From assembly GCA_027312065.1 (NCBI GenBank), contig DAICXR010000004.1:15756-79755 (forward strand): 64,000 nucleotides of DNA, read 5' to 3'. Position 1 is the stretch's first letter; each line of letters begins with the position of its first letter. The translations under genes and the position numbers were made by a program. Below the pieces are notes generated by a model. That model searched no databases, had not been told where the DNA came from, and saw only the letters and a program-made list of their open reading frames with translations. This DNA comes from Flavobacteriales bacterium (GTDB lineage Bacteria > Bacteroidota > Bacteroidia > Flavobacteriales > Flavobacteriaceae). This document shows positions 1 to 9,120 of the stretch, piece by piece.

Positions 1-93
1 AGAAGTGATCAGAACGAAATACGATTATATTTTTAAAACTAAAATTTTAGAATTCTATTTTGGAATTCCAATCATAAAAAATTAAATAAAGTT

Positions 94-1389
94 ATGTCAA
101 AGAAAAATATTTATATCCTTTTAGCTGTTTTTATAGTTGTAATTGGTTCATTGCTGTACTTTGGTAAAAAAGGCATTTTTGGTAACAAAGAGGATGCTAA
201 AGAGATAGAAATAGCAAAAGTAATTCCTATGACCATTGTCGAAACGGTTTCGGCAACAGGGAAAATCCAACCCGAAATTGAAGTTAAAATAGCTCCAGAA
301 GTTTCGGGAGAAATTATTTTATTGAATGTAAAAGAAGGTCAGGTTGTTAAAAAAGGGGATTTGTTAGTAAAAATAAATCCTGATTTATATACCTCAAGTT
401 ACAATCGTACGGTTTCAAATTTGTCTGGAACAAAAGCAGGTTTAACTCAGGCAGAAGCTAGTTTTAAAGAAGCTAAAGCCAATTACGAAAGAAATAAAAC
501 CTTATATGATAAAGGGGTGATTTCAAGATCAGATTGGGATAAGTCAATCGCTTCGTTTGAAGTAGCAAAAGCATCAAGACAATCTTCTTATTATAATGTT
601 CAGAGTGCTTCGGCATCGGTTAATGAAGCAAAAGATAACTTGGGGCGAACTACTATTTATGCTCCCGCTGACGGAACTATTTCGGTATTGAATGTAGAGT
701 TAGGGGAACGTGTTTTAGGGACACAACAAATGGCTGGAACAGAACTTTTGAGAGTCGCGAACCTGAACAATATGGAAGTTGAAGTAGATGTCAACGAAAA
801 TGATATTGTGAAAATTAAAGCTGGCGATTTGGCTAATGTAGAAGTCGATGCTTATTTGAAGAAAAAATTTCAAGGCGTTGTTACCAGTATTTCTAATTCG
901 GCTAGTTCTACTTTGACTGCAGATCAGGTAACCAATTTTAAAGTAAAGGTTCGAATTTTAAAAGAATCTTATGAAGATTTATTAGAGGGTAAACCCAAAA
1001 CTTATTCGCCATTTAGACCAGGAATGACTGCAACGGTAGATATTATAACTAAGACAAAGAAAAATGTTTTGGCTGTGCCTATTAGTGCTGTGGTTGTAAA
1101 ATCGGATACTACGGCTGTTTCTATTGTCGATAAGAAAATGCCAGATGAAAAAGACGAAAAACAGGAAGCTCCTAAAAGCGATAAGAAATTGGAATGTGTG
1201 TTTATAAAAGTGGGTGAAAAAGCTAAAATTAAGATTGTAAAAACAGGAATTCAAGACGATACTAATATTGAAATTTTAAGCGGACTTAAAAATGGTGACA
1301 ATGTAATTGTTGGTCCTTACACTATTGTGAGTAAAGAACTGAATTCGGGAGATAAAGTAACGCTGAAATCCGAAAATAAGAAGAAATAA
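94..1389 (+). CDS. Efflux transporter periplasmic adaptor subunit (HlyD/MacA-type membrane fusion protein)
   Basis: 431-aa ORF with an N-terminal membrane anchor (IYILLAVFIVVIGSLLYF), a coiled-coil-like middle section and the family-typical segment LGRTTIYAPADGTISVLNVELGERV. Confidence 0.85.
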   Translation: MSKKNIYILLAVFIVVIGSLLYFGKKGIFGNKEDAKEIEIAKVIPMTIVETVSATGKIQPEIEVKIAPEVSGEIILLNVKEGQVVKKGDLLVKINPDLYTSSYNRTVSNLSGTKAGLTQAEASFKEAKANYERNKTLYDKGVISRSDWDKSIASFEVAKASRQSSYYNVQSASASVNEAKDNLGRTTIYAPADGTISVLNVELGERVLGTQQMAGTELLRVANLNNMEVEVDVNENDIVKIKAGDLANVEVDAYLKKKFQGVVTSISNSASSTLTADQVTNFKVKVRILKESYEDLLEGKPKTYSPFRPGMTATVDIITKTKKNVLAVPISAVVVKSDTTAVSIVDKKMPDEKDEKQEAPKSDKKLECVFIKVGEKAKIKIVKTGIQDDTNIEILSGLKNGDNVIVGPYTIVSKELNSGDKVTLKSENKKK

Positions 1390-1447
1390 GTATTATAGTT
1401 AGACTGTTCTTTTAAATTTTTTAGACCTTTGCAAAAATAAAATACCA

Positions 1448-2116
1448 TTGAATTATATACTTAATATAGAAACGGCTACAAAAAATTGTTCCATCTCCAT
1501 TGCTAAAAATGGCGAAACTATTGTTTGTAACGAAATTGCCGAAGAAGGTTATTCGCATGCCGAACGTTTGCATGTATTTATTGAAGAAAGTATTGCAGCA
1601 GCTGGAATTAGTTTTAAAGAGTTAGGTGCTATTGCAGTGAGTCAAGGGCCGGGTTCTTATACCGGACTTAGAATAGGAGTTTCGGCGGCAAAAGGATTGT
1701 GTTTTGCTCTTGGAATTCCGTTGATTGCTGTGGATACTTTACAATCTTTAGCGGCTCAGGCGGCTGTTGAAAATGGTTTAATTGTTCCGATGTTAGATGC
1801 CAGAAGAATGGAAGTCTATAGTGCTATTTTTTCAAGTGATTTAAAATCTCAAAGAAGCATTCTTGCTGAAGTTATAACTGAAGATTCTTTTCAGGAATAC
1901 AATGAAACCTTATATTTTGTAGGTGATTGTGCCGAGAAATGCAAAGAAGTATTAACCAAACCGAATTTTGTTTTTTTAGAAAATATAAAATATCCTTCGG
2001 CAAAGCAAATGAGTGCTTTGAGTTATCAAAAATACTTAAACAAAGATTTTGTAGATGTGGCTTATTTTGAGCCTTATTATTTAAAGGATTTTATGATAAC
2101 GACTTCAAAAAAATGA
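1448..2116 (+). CDS. tsaB: tRNA threonylcarbamoyladenosine (t6A) biosynthesis protein TsaB (YeaZ family)
   Basis: 222 aa with a TTG start. Shows LNIETATKNCSISIAK and VSQGPGSYTGLRIGVSAAKGLCFALGIPLIAVDTL, typical of TsaB/YeaZ. Confidence 0.9.
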   Translation: MNYILNIETATKNCSISIAKNGETIVCNEIAEEGYSHAERLHVFIEESIAAAGISFKELGAIAVSQGPGSYTGLRIGVSAAKGLCFALGIPLIAVDTLQSLAAQAAVENGLIVPMLDARRMEVYSAIFSSDLKSQRSILAEVITEDSFQEYNETLYFVGDCAEKCKEVLTKPNFVFLENIKYPSAKQMSALSYQKYLNKDFVDVAYFEPYYLKDFMITTSKK

Positions 2117-2150
2117 GTAACCACAAAGTAAATCGTATATTCGAGATCAT

Positions 2151-2189
2151 AAAAAAAACGCGTTTCAATCGAAACGCGTTTTTGTTTTG
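2151..2189. terminator. Bidirectional rho-independent terminator between convergent tsaB and nfu-like genes
   Basis: A-run, then hairpin AACGCGTTTC-aatc-GAAACGCGTT, then T-run. Confidence 0.75.
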
Positions 2190-2205
2190 TATAAGTGGGT
2201 TTGTT

Positions 2206-3105
2206 TTAAGCATTAATTGCTTCCACTTGAATTTTATCGTCATTCAACATGCTTTTTAACATGTTTTCGATTCCTGATTTTAAAGTAAAAGTAGAAGATG
2301 GACAACCGCTGCAAGCACCTTGAAGAATCACTTTTACAATTTTACTTTCTTCATCATAGGATTCAAAAGCAATATTTCCACCATCGGCAGCAACTGCTGG
2401 TTTTACATATTCTTCTAAGATATTGATAATTTGTTGCGAAGTAACATCTAGTTTGTCGAACTCTTCCGTTTTAATTTGCTCTTGTTTTTCGGCATTGATT
2501 ACTACACTGTCGTCAAGAACAATTCCGCCATTTTCAATGTATTGTTTGATGAATGTTCTTAATTCAAGTGTAATTTCGTCCCAGCTATTTAATTCGTATT
2601 TTGTAATCGAAATGTAATTTTCGTCAATAAAAATTTCTTTTACATAAGGAAATTTAAACAATTCTTTTGCTAATGGAGAAGAAGAAGTTTGGTCAATGTT
2701 TTTGTACTCAACCGCATTTTTAGTTAGCATTCTGCTTACCACAAATTTCAATGCTGATGGATTAGGAGTCGTTTCTCCGTAAACCGTAATGGGTTGTTTT
2801 TTAGGTTTGTTTTCATCAATTTCTATGATGGTTCCACCTTTGTTTACAAAATCTTCAATTTGCTCAGCAACAGCTTCTTTTACATCGTCCCATTCTACAA
2901 TACTAAATCTTTCAACAGCAATAAAATTACCTGAGATATATACTGTTTTTACGAATGGTAAATAAAATAATTGTTGTGCCAGCGGAGAAGATTTGGCCTC
3001 ATCTATGTTTTTAAACTCAAAACTTTCGTTTTTGGTGATAAAATCCTCAAATTCAAACTTTAATATAGTTGGGTTTTGTGTTTCTTTAACGGTTATTTTT
3101 GTCAT
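2206..3105 (-). CDS. NifU/Nfu family Fe-S cluster assembly protein (two Nfu_N-like domains plus a C-terminal NifU-like domain)
   Basis: 299 aa. Contains two internally similar N-terminal modules (SPLAQQLFYLPFVKTVYISGNFIAV and SPLAKELFKFPYVKEIFIDENYISI). The C-terminus has GGNIAF...LQGACSGCPSS (CxxC). Confidence 0.85.
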   Translation of the reverse strand: MTKITVKETQNPTILKFEFEDFITKNESFEFKNIDEAKSSPLAQQLFYLPFVKTVYISGNFIAVERFSIVEWDDVKEAVAEQIEDFVNKGGTIIEIDENKPKKQPITVYGETTPNPSALKFVVSRMLTKNAVEYKNIDQTSSSPLAKELFKFPYVKEIFIDENYISITKYELNSWDEITLELRTFIKQYIENGGIVLDDSVVINAEKQEQIKTEEFDKLDVTSQQIINILEEYVKPAVAADGGNIAFESYDEESKIVKVILQGACSGCPSSTFTLKSGIENMLKSMLNDDKIQVEAINA

Positions 3106-3251
3106 GATTTTTGTAAATTTTTACAAATTTAGTAAAGTTATTTTCTATGATTAACTATATTTGAATTATTAATGAATAAATTAACTTAACTTTAGTTTTT
3201 GGGCAGAGTTTATTTCGTTTTTTCAATTCATCTTGATTAATTTTCTTTTAA

Positions 3252-4250
3252 ATGTATACTAAAATTATATACTTCGTAATCTGTTTTTTTATTGGTTTGT
3301 ATTCCTATTCTCAGGAAGGAATTCCCGTATATACAGATTATCTTTCTGATAATTATTATTTGCTACACCCATCAATGGCTGGAGCTTCTAATTGTGCTAA
3401 ACTAAGACTTACAGCTCGTAAACAATGGTTTGATCAAGAAGATGCACCATCGCTTCAAACCTTGAGTTTTAATGGTAGAGTAGGTGAGAAAGCTGGGGCT
3501 GGAATCATTCTTTTTAATGACAAAAATGGTTATCATTCTCAAAAAGGAGTGAAGTTGACTTATGCTTATCATTTGATGTTTTCTAGAGATGAAATCGATT
3601 TGAATCAGTTGTCTTTTGGTATTAGTGGAGGTTTGATTCAGAGTAATTTAGATGAGACTTCGTTTTTAGGTTCGGGTGTTAATGATCCAATTATAAATGG
3701 AACGGTAGTTCAAAAAGATTCTTATTTTAATGTCGATTTTGGAATGTCATATAATTATCTGGATTTTTATGTTCATGGTACTATTAAAAATGCCATTGAA
3801 GCCAGACGCGAAATTTATACTGAGTTTGAAAGCGATAATCTAAGAAAGTTTATTTTGAGTACGGGTTATATTTTTGGCAATAAAGACCGAATTTTATGGG
3901 AGCCTTCTGTGATGTTTCAGTACACCAGTCAAACTACCGAAAAGGCTATAGATTTAAATATGAAAGCTTATAAAAGTATGGATTTTGGAACTTTATGGGG
4001 CGGACTTTCCTATAGAACCAGTTTTGACGGAGCCGAATTTAATAATGGAAATGGCACTTCTAAACAAAGATACCAATCGATTACTCCAATAGTAGGTGTA
4101 AACTTTAAGAATGTAATGTTTGCCTATACGTATTCTCATTTGGGAGGAGATGTAAAGTATGGAACGGGTGGTTTTCACCAAATTACTTTAGGTCTTGACC
4201 TTTTCTGCAAACGCGAGAAATACGAATGTTTTTGTCCTGCCATTAATTAA
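3252..4250 (+). CDS. Type IX secretion system membrane protein, PorP/SprF family
   Basis: 332 aa with a signal peptide. The N-terminal PVYTDYLSDNYYLLHPSMAG and TARKQWF motifs are typical of PorP/SprF barrels. The C-terminus is Cys-rich (CKREKYECFCPAIN). Confidence 0.8.
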   Translation: MYTKIIYFVICFFIGLYSYSQEGIPVYTDYLSDNYYLLHPSMAGASNCAKLRLTARKQWFDQEDAPSLQTLSFNGRVGEKAGAGIILFNDKNGYHSQKGVKLTYAYHLMFSRDEIDLNQLSFGISGGLIQSNLDETSFLGSGVNDPIINGTVVQKDSYFNVDFGMSYNYLDFYVHGTIKNAIEARREIYTEFESDNLRKFILSTGYIFGNKDRILWEPSVMFQYTSQTTEKAIDLNMKAYKSMDFGTLWGGLSYRTSFDGAEFNNGNGTSKQRYQSITPIVGVNFKNVMFAYTYSHLGGDVKYGTGGFHQITLGLDLFCKREKYECFCPAIN

Positions 4251-4264
4251 TTATTTAAAAAATC

Positions 4265-4777
4265 ATGTTGATAAAATCGGTTAACGGAAAATCACCTGCA
4301 ATTCCTGAGGATTGTTATGTGGCTGAAAATGCTACTATTGTTGGCGATGTTACTTTAGGAACTTCTTGTAGCGTGTGGTTTAATGCCGTAATTAGAGGTG
4401 ATGTCAATTATATTAAAATTGGTAACAAAGTCAATATTCAGGACGGAGCAGTGATTCATTGTACCTATCAAAAATATCCAACTATTATAGGAAATAATGT
4501 TTCCATTGGACACAATGCTATTGTTCATGGTTGTGTGGTACACGACAATGTTTTGATAGGAATGGGCGCTATTGTAATGGATAATTGTGTTGTTGAAAGT
4601 AATTCTATTATTGCAGCAGGTGCCGTGGTAACTCAAAACACTACCATTACTTCAGGCTCTATTTGGGCAGGAGTTCCAGCTAAAAAAGTAAAAGACTTAA
4701 ATCAATCTAGTTTTCCTGGAGAAATTGAACGCATTGCCGAAAATTATCTCATGTATTCCAGCTGGTTCAAGGAATAA
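4265..4777 (+). CDS. Gamma carbonic anhydrase-like / hexapeptide-repeat (LbH) family protein
   Basis: 170 aa. Repeated [LIV]-G-x4 hexapeptides (IGNKVNIQDGAVIH, IGNNVSIGHNAIVHGCVV, IGMGAIVMDNCVV). Architecture resembles YrdA/PaaY. Confidence 0.85.
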   Translation: MLIKSVNGKSPAIPEDCYVAENATIVGDVTLGTSCSVWFNAVIRGDVNYIKIGNKVNIQDGAVIHCTYQKYPTIIGNNVSIGHNAIVHGCVVHDNVLIGMGAIVMDNCVVESNSIIAAGAVVTQNTTITSGSIWAGVPAKKVKDLNQSSFPGEIERIAENYLMYSSWFKE

Positions 4778-4868
4778 TTCCCAAATATAAAAACCAATAT
4801 TTTCTATTCCAAATCCAATGTAGTTTGAATAGTATTGGAATTTAGAATTTTCTGTTTGGGATTTTAAT
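4778..4868. terminator. Long imperfect palindrome between convergent genes (probable bidirectional terminator / REP-like element)
   Basis: CTATTCCAAATCCAAT ... ATTGGAATTTAGAAT nested inside TTCCCAAA ... TTTGGGAT. Confidence 0.4.
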
Positions 4869-4872
4869 AAAT

Positions 4873-5589
4873 CTATAAATTGATTCTTTCAAAGAAAGCA
4901 TTTTTATAGCTTTCGCTAATAGGAATACGCTTATCTGCAATTAGGACTTTGTTTTTTTGGATGGATTTCACATATTTTATATTGATTATATAAGAGCGGT
5001 GAATTCGGGAAAAACCTTTAGACGAAAGTGTGTTTTCTAATTTAATTAAGCTGATTAATGTTAATGTAAATTTGTTGTCGCTAGTGTAAATTTTGACATA
5101 ATCTTTCAAACCTTCGATAAACAAAATATCCGAAAAGTTGATTTTTACATTTTCGTACTCTGAACGTACAAACATAAAATCAGGTTCCATTTCTGGAGCT
5201 ACTATTTTAGGCGTAACGGTTGAAGTGGTGTTTTGAGATTGAAACAATTGTTGTGCTCGCATCACCGATTTTAAGAAACGATGGAAGGGAATTGGTTTTA
5301 CCAAATAATCAACAGCACCCAGATTAAAACCTTCTACAGCATAGTCCGAATAAGCCGTGGTGAAAATTATTAATGGTTTTTTATCGATTGCATTTAGAAA
5401 ATCAATCCCTGAAAAATGAGGCATTTCGATGTCCAGAAAAATCAAATCAACATTCGAATTATTAATTACCGCAATGGCATCAATAGCATTATTGAAGGTA
5501 TTGATGAGTTCAAGACTTTCAACTTTGCTAACAAAATCTTTGATTAAATCAACCGCTAAAGGTTCGTCATCTATAATTACACACTTCAT
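4873..5589 (-). CDS. LytTR-family DNA-binding response regulator
   Basis: 238 aa. The receiver domain has MKCVIIDDEP...DLIFLDIEMP. The C-terminal LytTR domain has FIEGLKDYVKIYT...SRIHRSYIINIKYV. Confidence 0.9.
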   Translation of the reverse strand: MKCVIIDDEPLAVDLIKDFVSKVESLELINTFNNAIDAIAVINNSNVDLIFLDIEMPHFSGIDFLNAIDKKPLIIFTTAYSDYAVEGFNLGAVDYLVKPIPFHRFLKSVMRAQQLFQSQNTTSTVTPKIVAPEMEPDFMFVRSEYENVKINFSDILFIEGLKDYVKIYTSDNKFTLTLISLIKLENTLSSKGFSRIHRSYIINIKYVKSIQKNKVLIADKRIPISESYKNAFFERINL

Positions 5590-6674
5590 TTTGTTTCGTT
5601 TTCCAATGGTTCTAGTCTTAAATTCAAATGAACACTGTATTTATTATCCGTTTGCGTAATCGTTAATTGATGCGCATTGGGATATAAAATATTGAGTCGG
5701 TTTTTTATATTGGTTAAGCCAATGCCGGAATTATTCGGATCTTTAATTTGGTTTTCAATCCTATTTTCGATCCAAAAATCTAAGATATTGTCCTCAATGC
5801 TAATTTTAATTTTTACAAAGGTAGTTCCTTTATAATCCGTTCCATATTTAAAGGCATTTTCTATGAACGAAATTAACAATAGCGGTTCAATCGATTTGTT
5901 TCTGGTTTCGCCGTGAATGTTGATAAAAATGTTCTCTATATTGTTTAATCGTAATTTTTGTAATTCGATATAATTTTTAATATAGTTGATTTCCTTTTCT
6001 AAAGATACTGCTTTATTGTCGGTTTCATAGAGCATGTAACGCATCATTTCCGATAAGGTTACAATGGCATCAGGCACTAAATCTGATTTTTTATAAGCCA
6101 ACGAATAAATGCTATTTAAGGCGTTGAATAAAAAATGCGGATTGGTTTGCTTTCGCAAATAGTTTAATTCCGTTGTTGTTTTTCGTGTTTCTGAAATTAA
6201 TTTGTTTTGTTGGTTGATATAAAATTCAGAAAGCGTTTTAATTATTGTACTTATCGTAACGATAAATAAATAAAAAAGGGATGGGAAAAACTTGAAAAAA
6301 AAGGGTGGTTTTTTTAGGAATTTTTTCTCGGGAATGAATTCTTTCCCCGTTGCATCAAATAGTTTTTGATGAGGGAAATTGTGAAATTCAGGAGTGAAAT
6401 AAAAAATTTTAAGACAGCTGAAAAAGGCAACTATAGTAAATATGATTCCCAGATAAGCGGCATATTTTTTTTGCAAAAGCAAATTGGGTACAAAATAAAA
6501 ATAATTAGCATAAAATAATAAGATACCGCCAGACCATTGTACATAAAATTCGGCATCTATACTGGTGAAATTTTGATAAAATGGCAATAAGGAGGCAATT
6601 ATTAAAAAGCACCAAATGATACTGTGTATCAGTATTTTGTTTGAATTGTTGTTTGTAATTCCCTCTAAGTTCAT
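5586..6674 (-). CDS. Sensor histidine kinase, LytS/YehU-type (His_kinase plus HATPase), multi-TM N-terminus
   Basis: 362 aa. H-box NPHFLFNALNSIYSLA and ATPase motifs IENAFKYG and SGIGLTNIKNRL. Overlaps the regulator gene by 4 bp. Confidence 0.85.
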   Translation of the reverse strand: MNLEGITNNNSNKILIHSIIWCFLIIASLLPFYQNFTSIDAEFYVQWSGGILLFYANYFYFVPNLLLQKKYAAYLGIIFTIVAFFSCLKIFYFTPEFHNFPHQKLFDATGKEFIPEKKFLKKPPFFFKFFPSLFYLFIVTISTIIKTLSEFYINQQNKLISETRKTTTELNYLRKQTNPHFLFNALNSIYSLAYKKSDLVPDAIVTLSEMMRYMLYETDNKAVSLEKEINYIKNYIELQKLRLNNIENIFINIHGETRNKSIEPLLLISFIENAFKYGTDYKGTTFVKIKISIEDNILDFWIENRIENQIKDPNNSGIGLTNIKNRLNILYPNAHQLTITQTDNKYSVHLNLRLEPLENETK

Positions 6675-7034
6675 CTAGGTTTTAATTGACAATAAAATTA
6701 AATCTTTTTTTGTAATAGTTGGCGATGTTTTGTCTTTCAATTTTTGCAAAACTAAGTTACCTACTTTTAATGCTTCTTGTTCGTTTTTAAATGATTTTTG
6801 ACTTGGAATCACTGGAATTATCGATTGTTTGATAATGATTTTGTCATTGTTTTTAATTACATATCCCCAGCCAGTTGGCGTTTTAATCGATTCTAAGTTT
6901 AATTGCTCTTTTTTGCTACAAGCAAAAAGCAATAATAAGCAACTCAGAAATAGTGTTTTTTTTGCTGTATTTGATATAAAATTCTTCTGGATGTTGATCC
7001 AGAAGAATTTAGGGTTTGAATTAATTATCATCAT
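6675..7034 (-). CDS. Small hypothetical lipoprotein (start trimmed to an internal ATG)
   Basis: Lipobox-like LLLLFAC-SKK. The stop codon abuts the kinase ATG. The track start at 7076 would overlap the upstream gene by 56 nt, so I chose the ATG at 7034 (7031 is also possible). Confidence 0.4.
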   Translation of the reverse strand: MMIINSNPKFFWINIQKNFISNTAKKTLFLSCLLLLFACSKKEQLNLESIKTPTGWGYVIKNNDKIIIKQSIIPVIPSQKSFKNEQEALKVGNLVLQKLKDKTSPTITKKDLILLSIKT

Positions 7035-8025
7035 CACTTTGCTCGTCTTGCGGTTTAAATTCCCAAACATCATCATAGTAAGAAGAACCAGATCTACCTA
7101 ATAAAATAAATCCTCTTTCGTTGATAGAAAAACCTATAGCATCGGTTCTTCCTGAACCTTCAATAGCAGTTTTTTCTTCCCATACATCAGTTGATGGGGT
7201 GTATTCCCAAATGGTTTTTGAACTTTCGCCACAAGCTAAATAGCCTAAGCCATTCATTGAAAAAGCAGAAGCATTCGAACGCACAATTACATAATCATCA
7301 TTGTAGGATTCATCATCGTCATCGTCTTGATCAATATCACGTTTTTTAGTCCAGCTATCAGTGCTAGGGTCAAACATCCAAAAATCTACTTGATACGCTC
7401 CATTGTTAATTCCAGCTACTAAGTAAGCTTTGTCATCAATTACAAAAACCGAAGCATTTCGTCTTTTATTTCCACTAAAACCGTTTACTTGTGTCCAAGA
7501 ATCAGCATTGGCATCATATTGATAAAAATCTTTCAGATAATTTCCATCATATCCAGTTCCAAAATAGGCTTTTCCGCCCGCTTGAAATCCCACAGCCGAA
7601 TAGCGTGCTGTGCCTATAAAATCAGCTTTTTGTGTCCAGGAGTTTGTGTCTGGATTGTATTGGTAAAAATCTTTTAATTTATTGGTTCCATCATATCCAA
7701 GACCAACGTAGCCATTACCTTCCAATTCAAATCCAGAAGCCGAACTTCTTGCAATTCCTGTAAAATCGGCCTTTTGTTCCCAATAATCACCATCTGAATT
7801 GTATGCCCAAAGATCTTTCAAGTATTCGTCTCCAGTATATCCTGTAGCTATATAAGCATAAGAACCAATTACAAAACTTGTTGCATTTGATCTTGCAGGG
7901 CCATCAAATGAAGATTTTTTAATCCAGTTACCTAGCAATTCTTCATCGTCATCGTTGCTGCAACTTACAAATACCAGTCCTATTAATAACATGGTAATTA
8001 GTGTTCTTCCTTTTAAAATAGTCAT
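7021..8025 (-). CDS. Kelch-like beta-propeller lipoprotein with poly-Asp tracts
   Basis: 334 aa with lipoprotein signal LIGLVFVSC-SNDDDEE. About six repeats of the pattern G..YxGxGYDGxxxLKDFYQYxxxxxSWTQKADF. Acidic runs DQDDDDDES and QDEQSDDDN. Confidence 0.7.
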   Translation of the reverse strand: MTILKGRTLITMLLIGLVFVSCSNDDDEELLGNWIKKSSFDGPARSNATSFVIGSYAYIATGYTGDEYLKDLWAYNSDGDYWEQKADFTGIARSSASGFELEGNGYVGLGYDGTNKLKDFYQYNPDTNSWTQKADFIGTARYSAVGFQAGGKAYFGTGYDGNYLKDFYQYDANADSWTQVNGFSGNKRRNASVFVIDDKAYLVAGINNGAYQVDFWMFDPSTDSWTKKRDIDQDDDDDESYNDDYVIVRSNASAFSMNGLGYLACGESSKTIWEYTPSTDVWEEKTAIEGSGRTDAIGFSINERGFILLGRSGSSYYDDVWEFKPQDEQSDDDN

Positions 8026-8040
8026 AATTTAGTTTATTTG

Positions 8041-8889
8041 TTACGGTTTGTATTTTATGCCAATGTTAAAGAGGTATCCATCATTAGCGTCGAAATTAAA
8101 TTTTGTTGTTCCTCTATTATCTGTTAATGTGTATTTTTTGTTGAACTGATAACCAGCCTGGAAACTCATAAACCAGTTGCTATCCACATTTCTTTCGTAT
8201 TCTAAAGCGGTTGTCATTTGAGAAAAACTCATTCTTGAAGCACTTAGATTTGAACTGATTGTTTTTGCTTGGTCGAGTTGGTAATATTCGCCTTCAAAAG
8301 CATTTGTCAGGCTGAAAATATTTCGTTCGTTATTTGAATACTGAATTTTCGAATAGGGAAATCCTACTGTTAAATCTGTTTTAGCATTCAATTTGCTGTT
8401 CAAAGCAATTGCTGGAAGCACCTCGGCTTTTCCAAACAATGTGGTTCTTTTTGCACCTAAATAAATACTGCTTTTTTCGGAATATGAATAATGAATTCCA
8501 GCTCCGCCAAAGAAACCCACATCCGAAAATCCTAAACTACTTTCAAAACCTGCAATGGTTTTCAGTTCTAAATCCAAAGCTATTTTGTTGTTGAATTGAT
8601 GTTTGAATTCCAAGTTGTTTTCAATGCGATTGTAATTGGTTTTATTATCTGCCGAATAATAATTGTCCAGATTAAAATTCAGACTACTGTTTTTATAGCT
8701 TATGCTGTTTGTTATTTTGTTTTTTGAATCCAAATTCGAGTAAAATGAAAAGCCAATTCCTGTTTCATTTTTTGTTATTTCTTCGGTAGGAATGGTCTTT
8801 AAATTCAGTTCTAACGAATAGCCACTTTGTGCAGCTATTTTTAGAATTGAAATCATAAAAACTAGAGTTGTAAAATATTTTAATTTCAT
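8041..8889 (-). CDS. Outer-membrane beta-barrel protein of unknown function (possibly DUF6268-like)
   Basis: 282 aa with signal peptide ...KIAAQ. Shows an alternating-hydrophobic strand pattern and a terminal aromatic-rich strand (YLFNIGIKYKP). Confidence 0.55.
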   Translation of the reverse strand: MKLKYFTTLVFMISILKIAAQSGYSLELNLKTIPTEEITKNETGIGFSFYSNLDSKNKITNSISYKNSSLNFNLDNYYSADNKTNYNRIENNLEFKHQFNNKIALDLELKTIAGFESSLGFSDVGFFGGAGIHYSYSEKSSIYLGAKRTTLFGKAEVLPAIALNSKLNAKTDLTVGFPYSKIQYSNNERNIFSLTNAFEGEYYQLDQAKTISSNLSASRMSFSQMTTALEYERNVDSNWFMSFQAGYQFNKKYTLTDNRGTTKFNFDANDGYLFNIGIKYKP

Positions 8890-9120
8890 TTATTTTTTTA
8901 TTGCACCAAAAGTATGTGCATTATCTATTTCAAAAAAAGAAGATATATAGACGCCCATTTTTCATAGACAAATTGGGTTTTTGTTCCGTCGAATGAATTA
9001 TTAGCCTTTGAATCGATTATGTAGATTAAAAAAGCCTTTTTATAGATGTAAAATCCACGGTTGTATATGTTGTTAGGCTTTGTAGATAGTGCTCTGCTAT
9101 ATTTGTTCAAAAAAAAATTT

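Noticed and set aside
1-36. Possible 3' end of an upstream + strand gene (frame 1 reads RSDQNEIRLYF then TAA).
   Set aside because: Eleven codons are too few to support any call. Noted only as a possibility.
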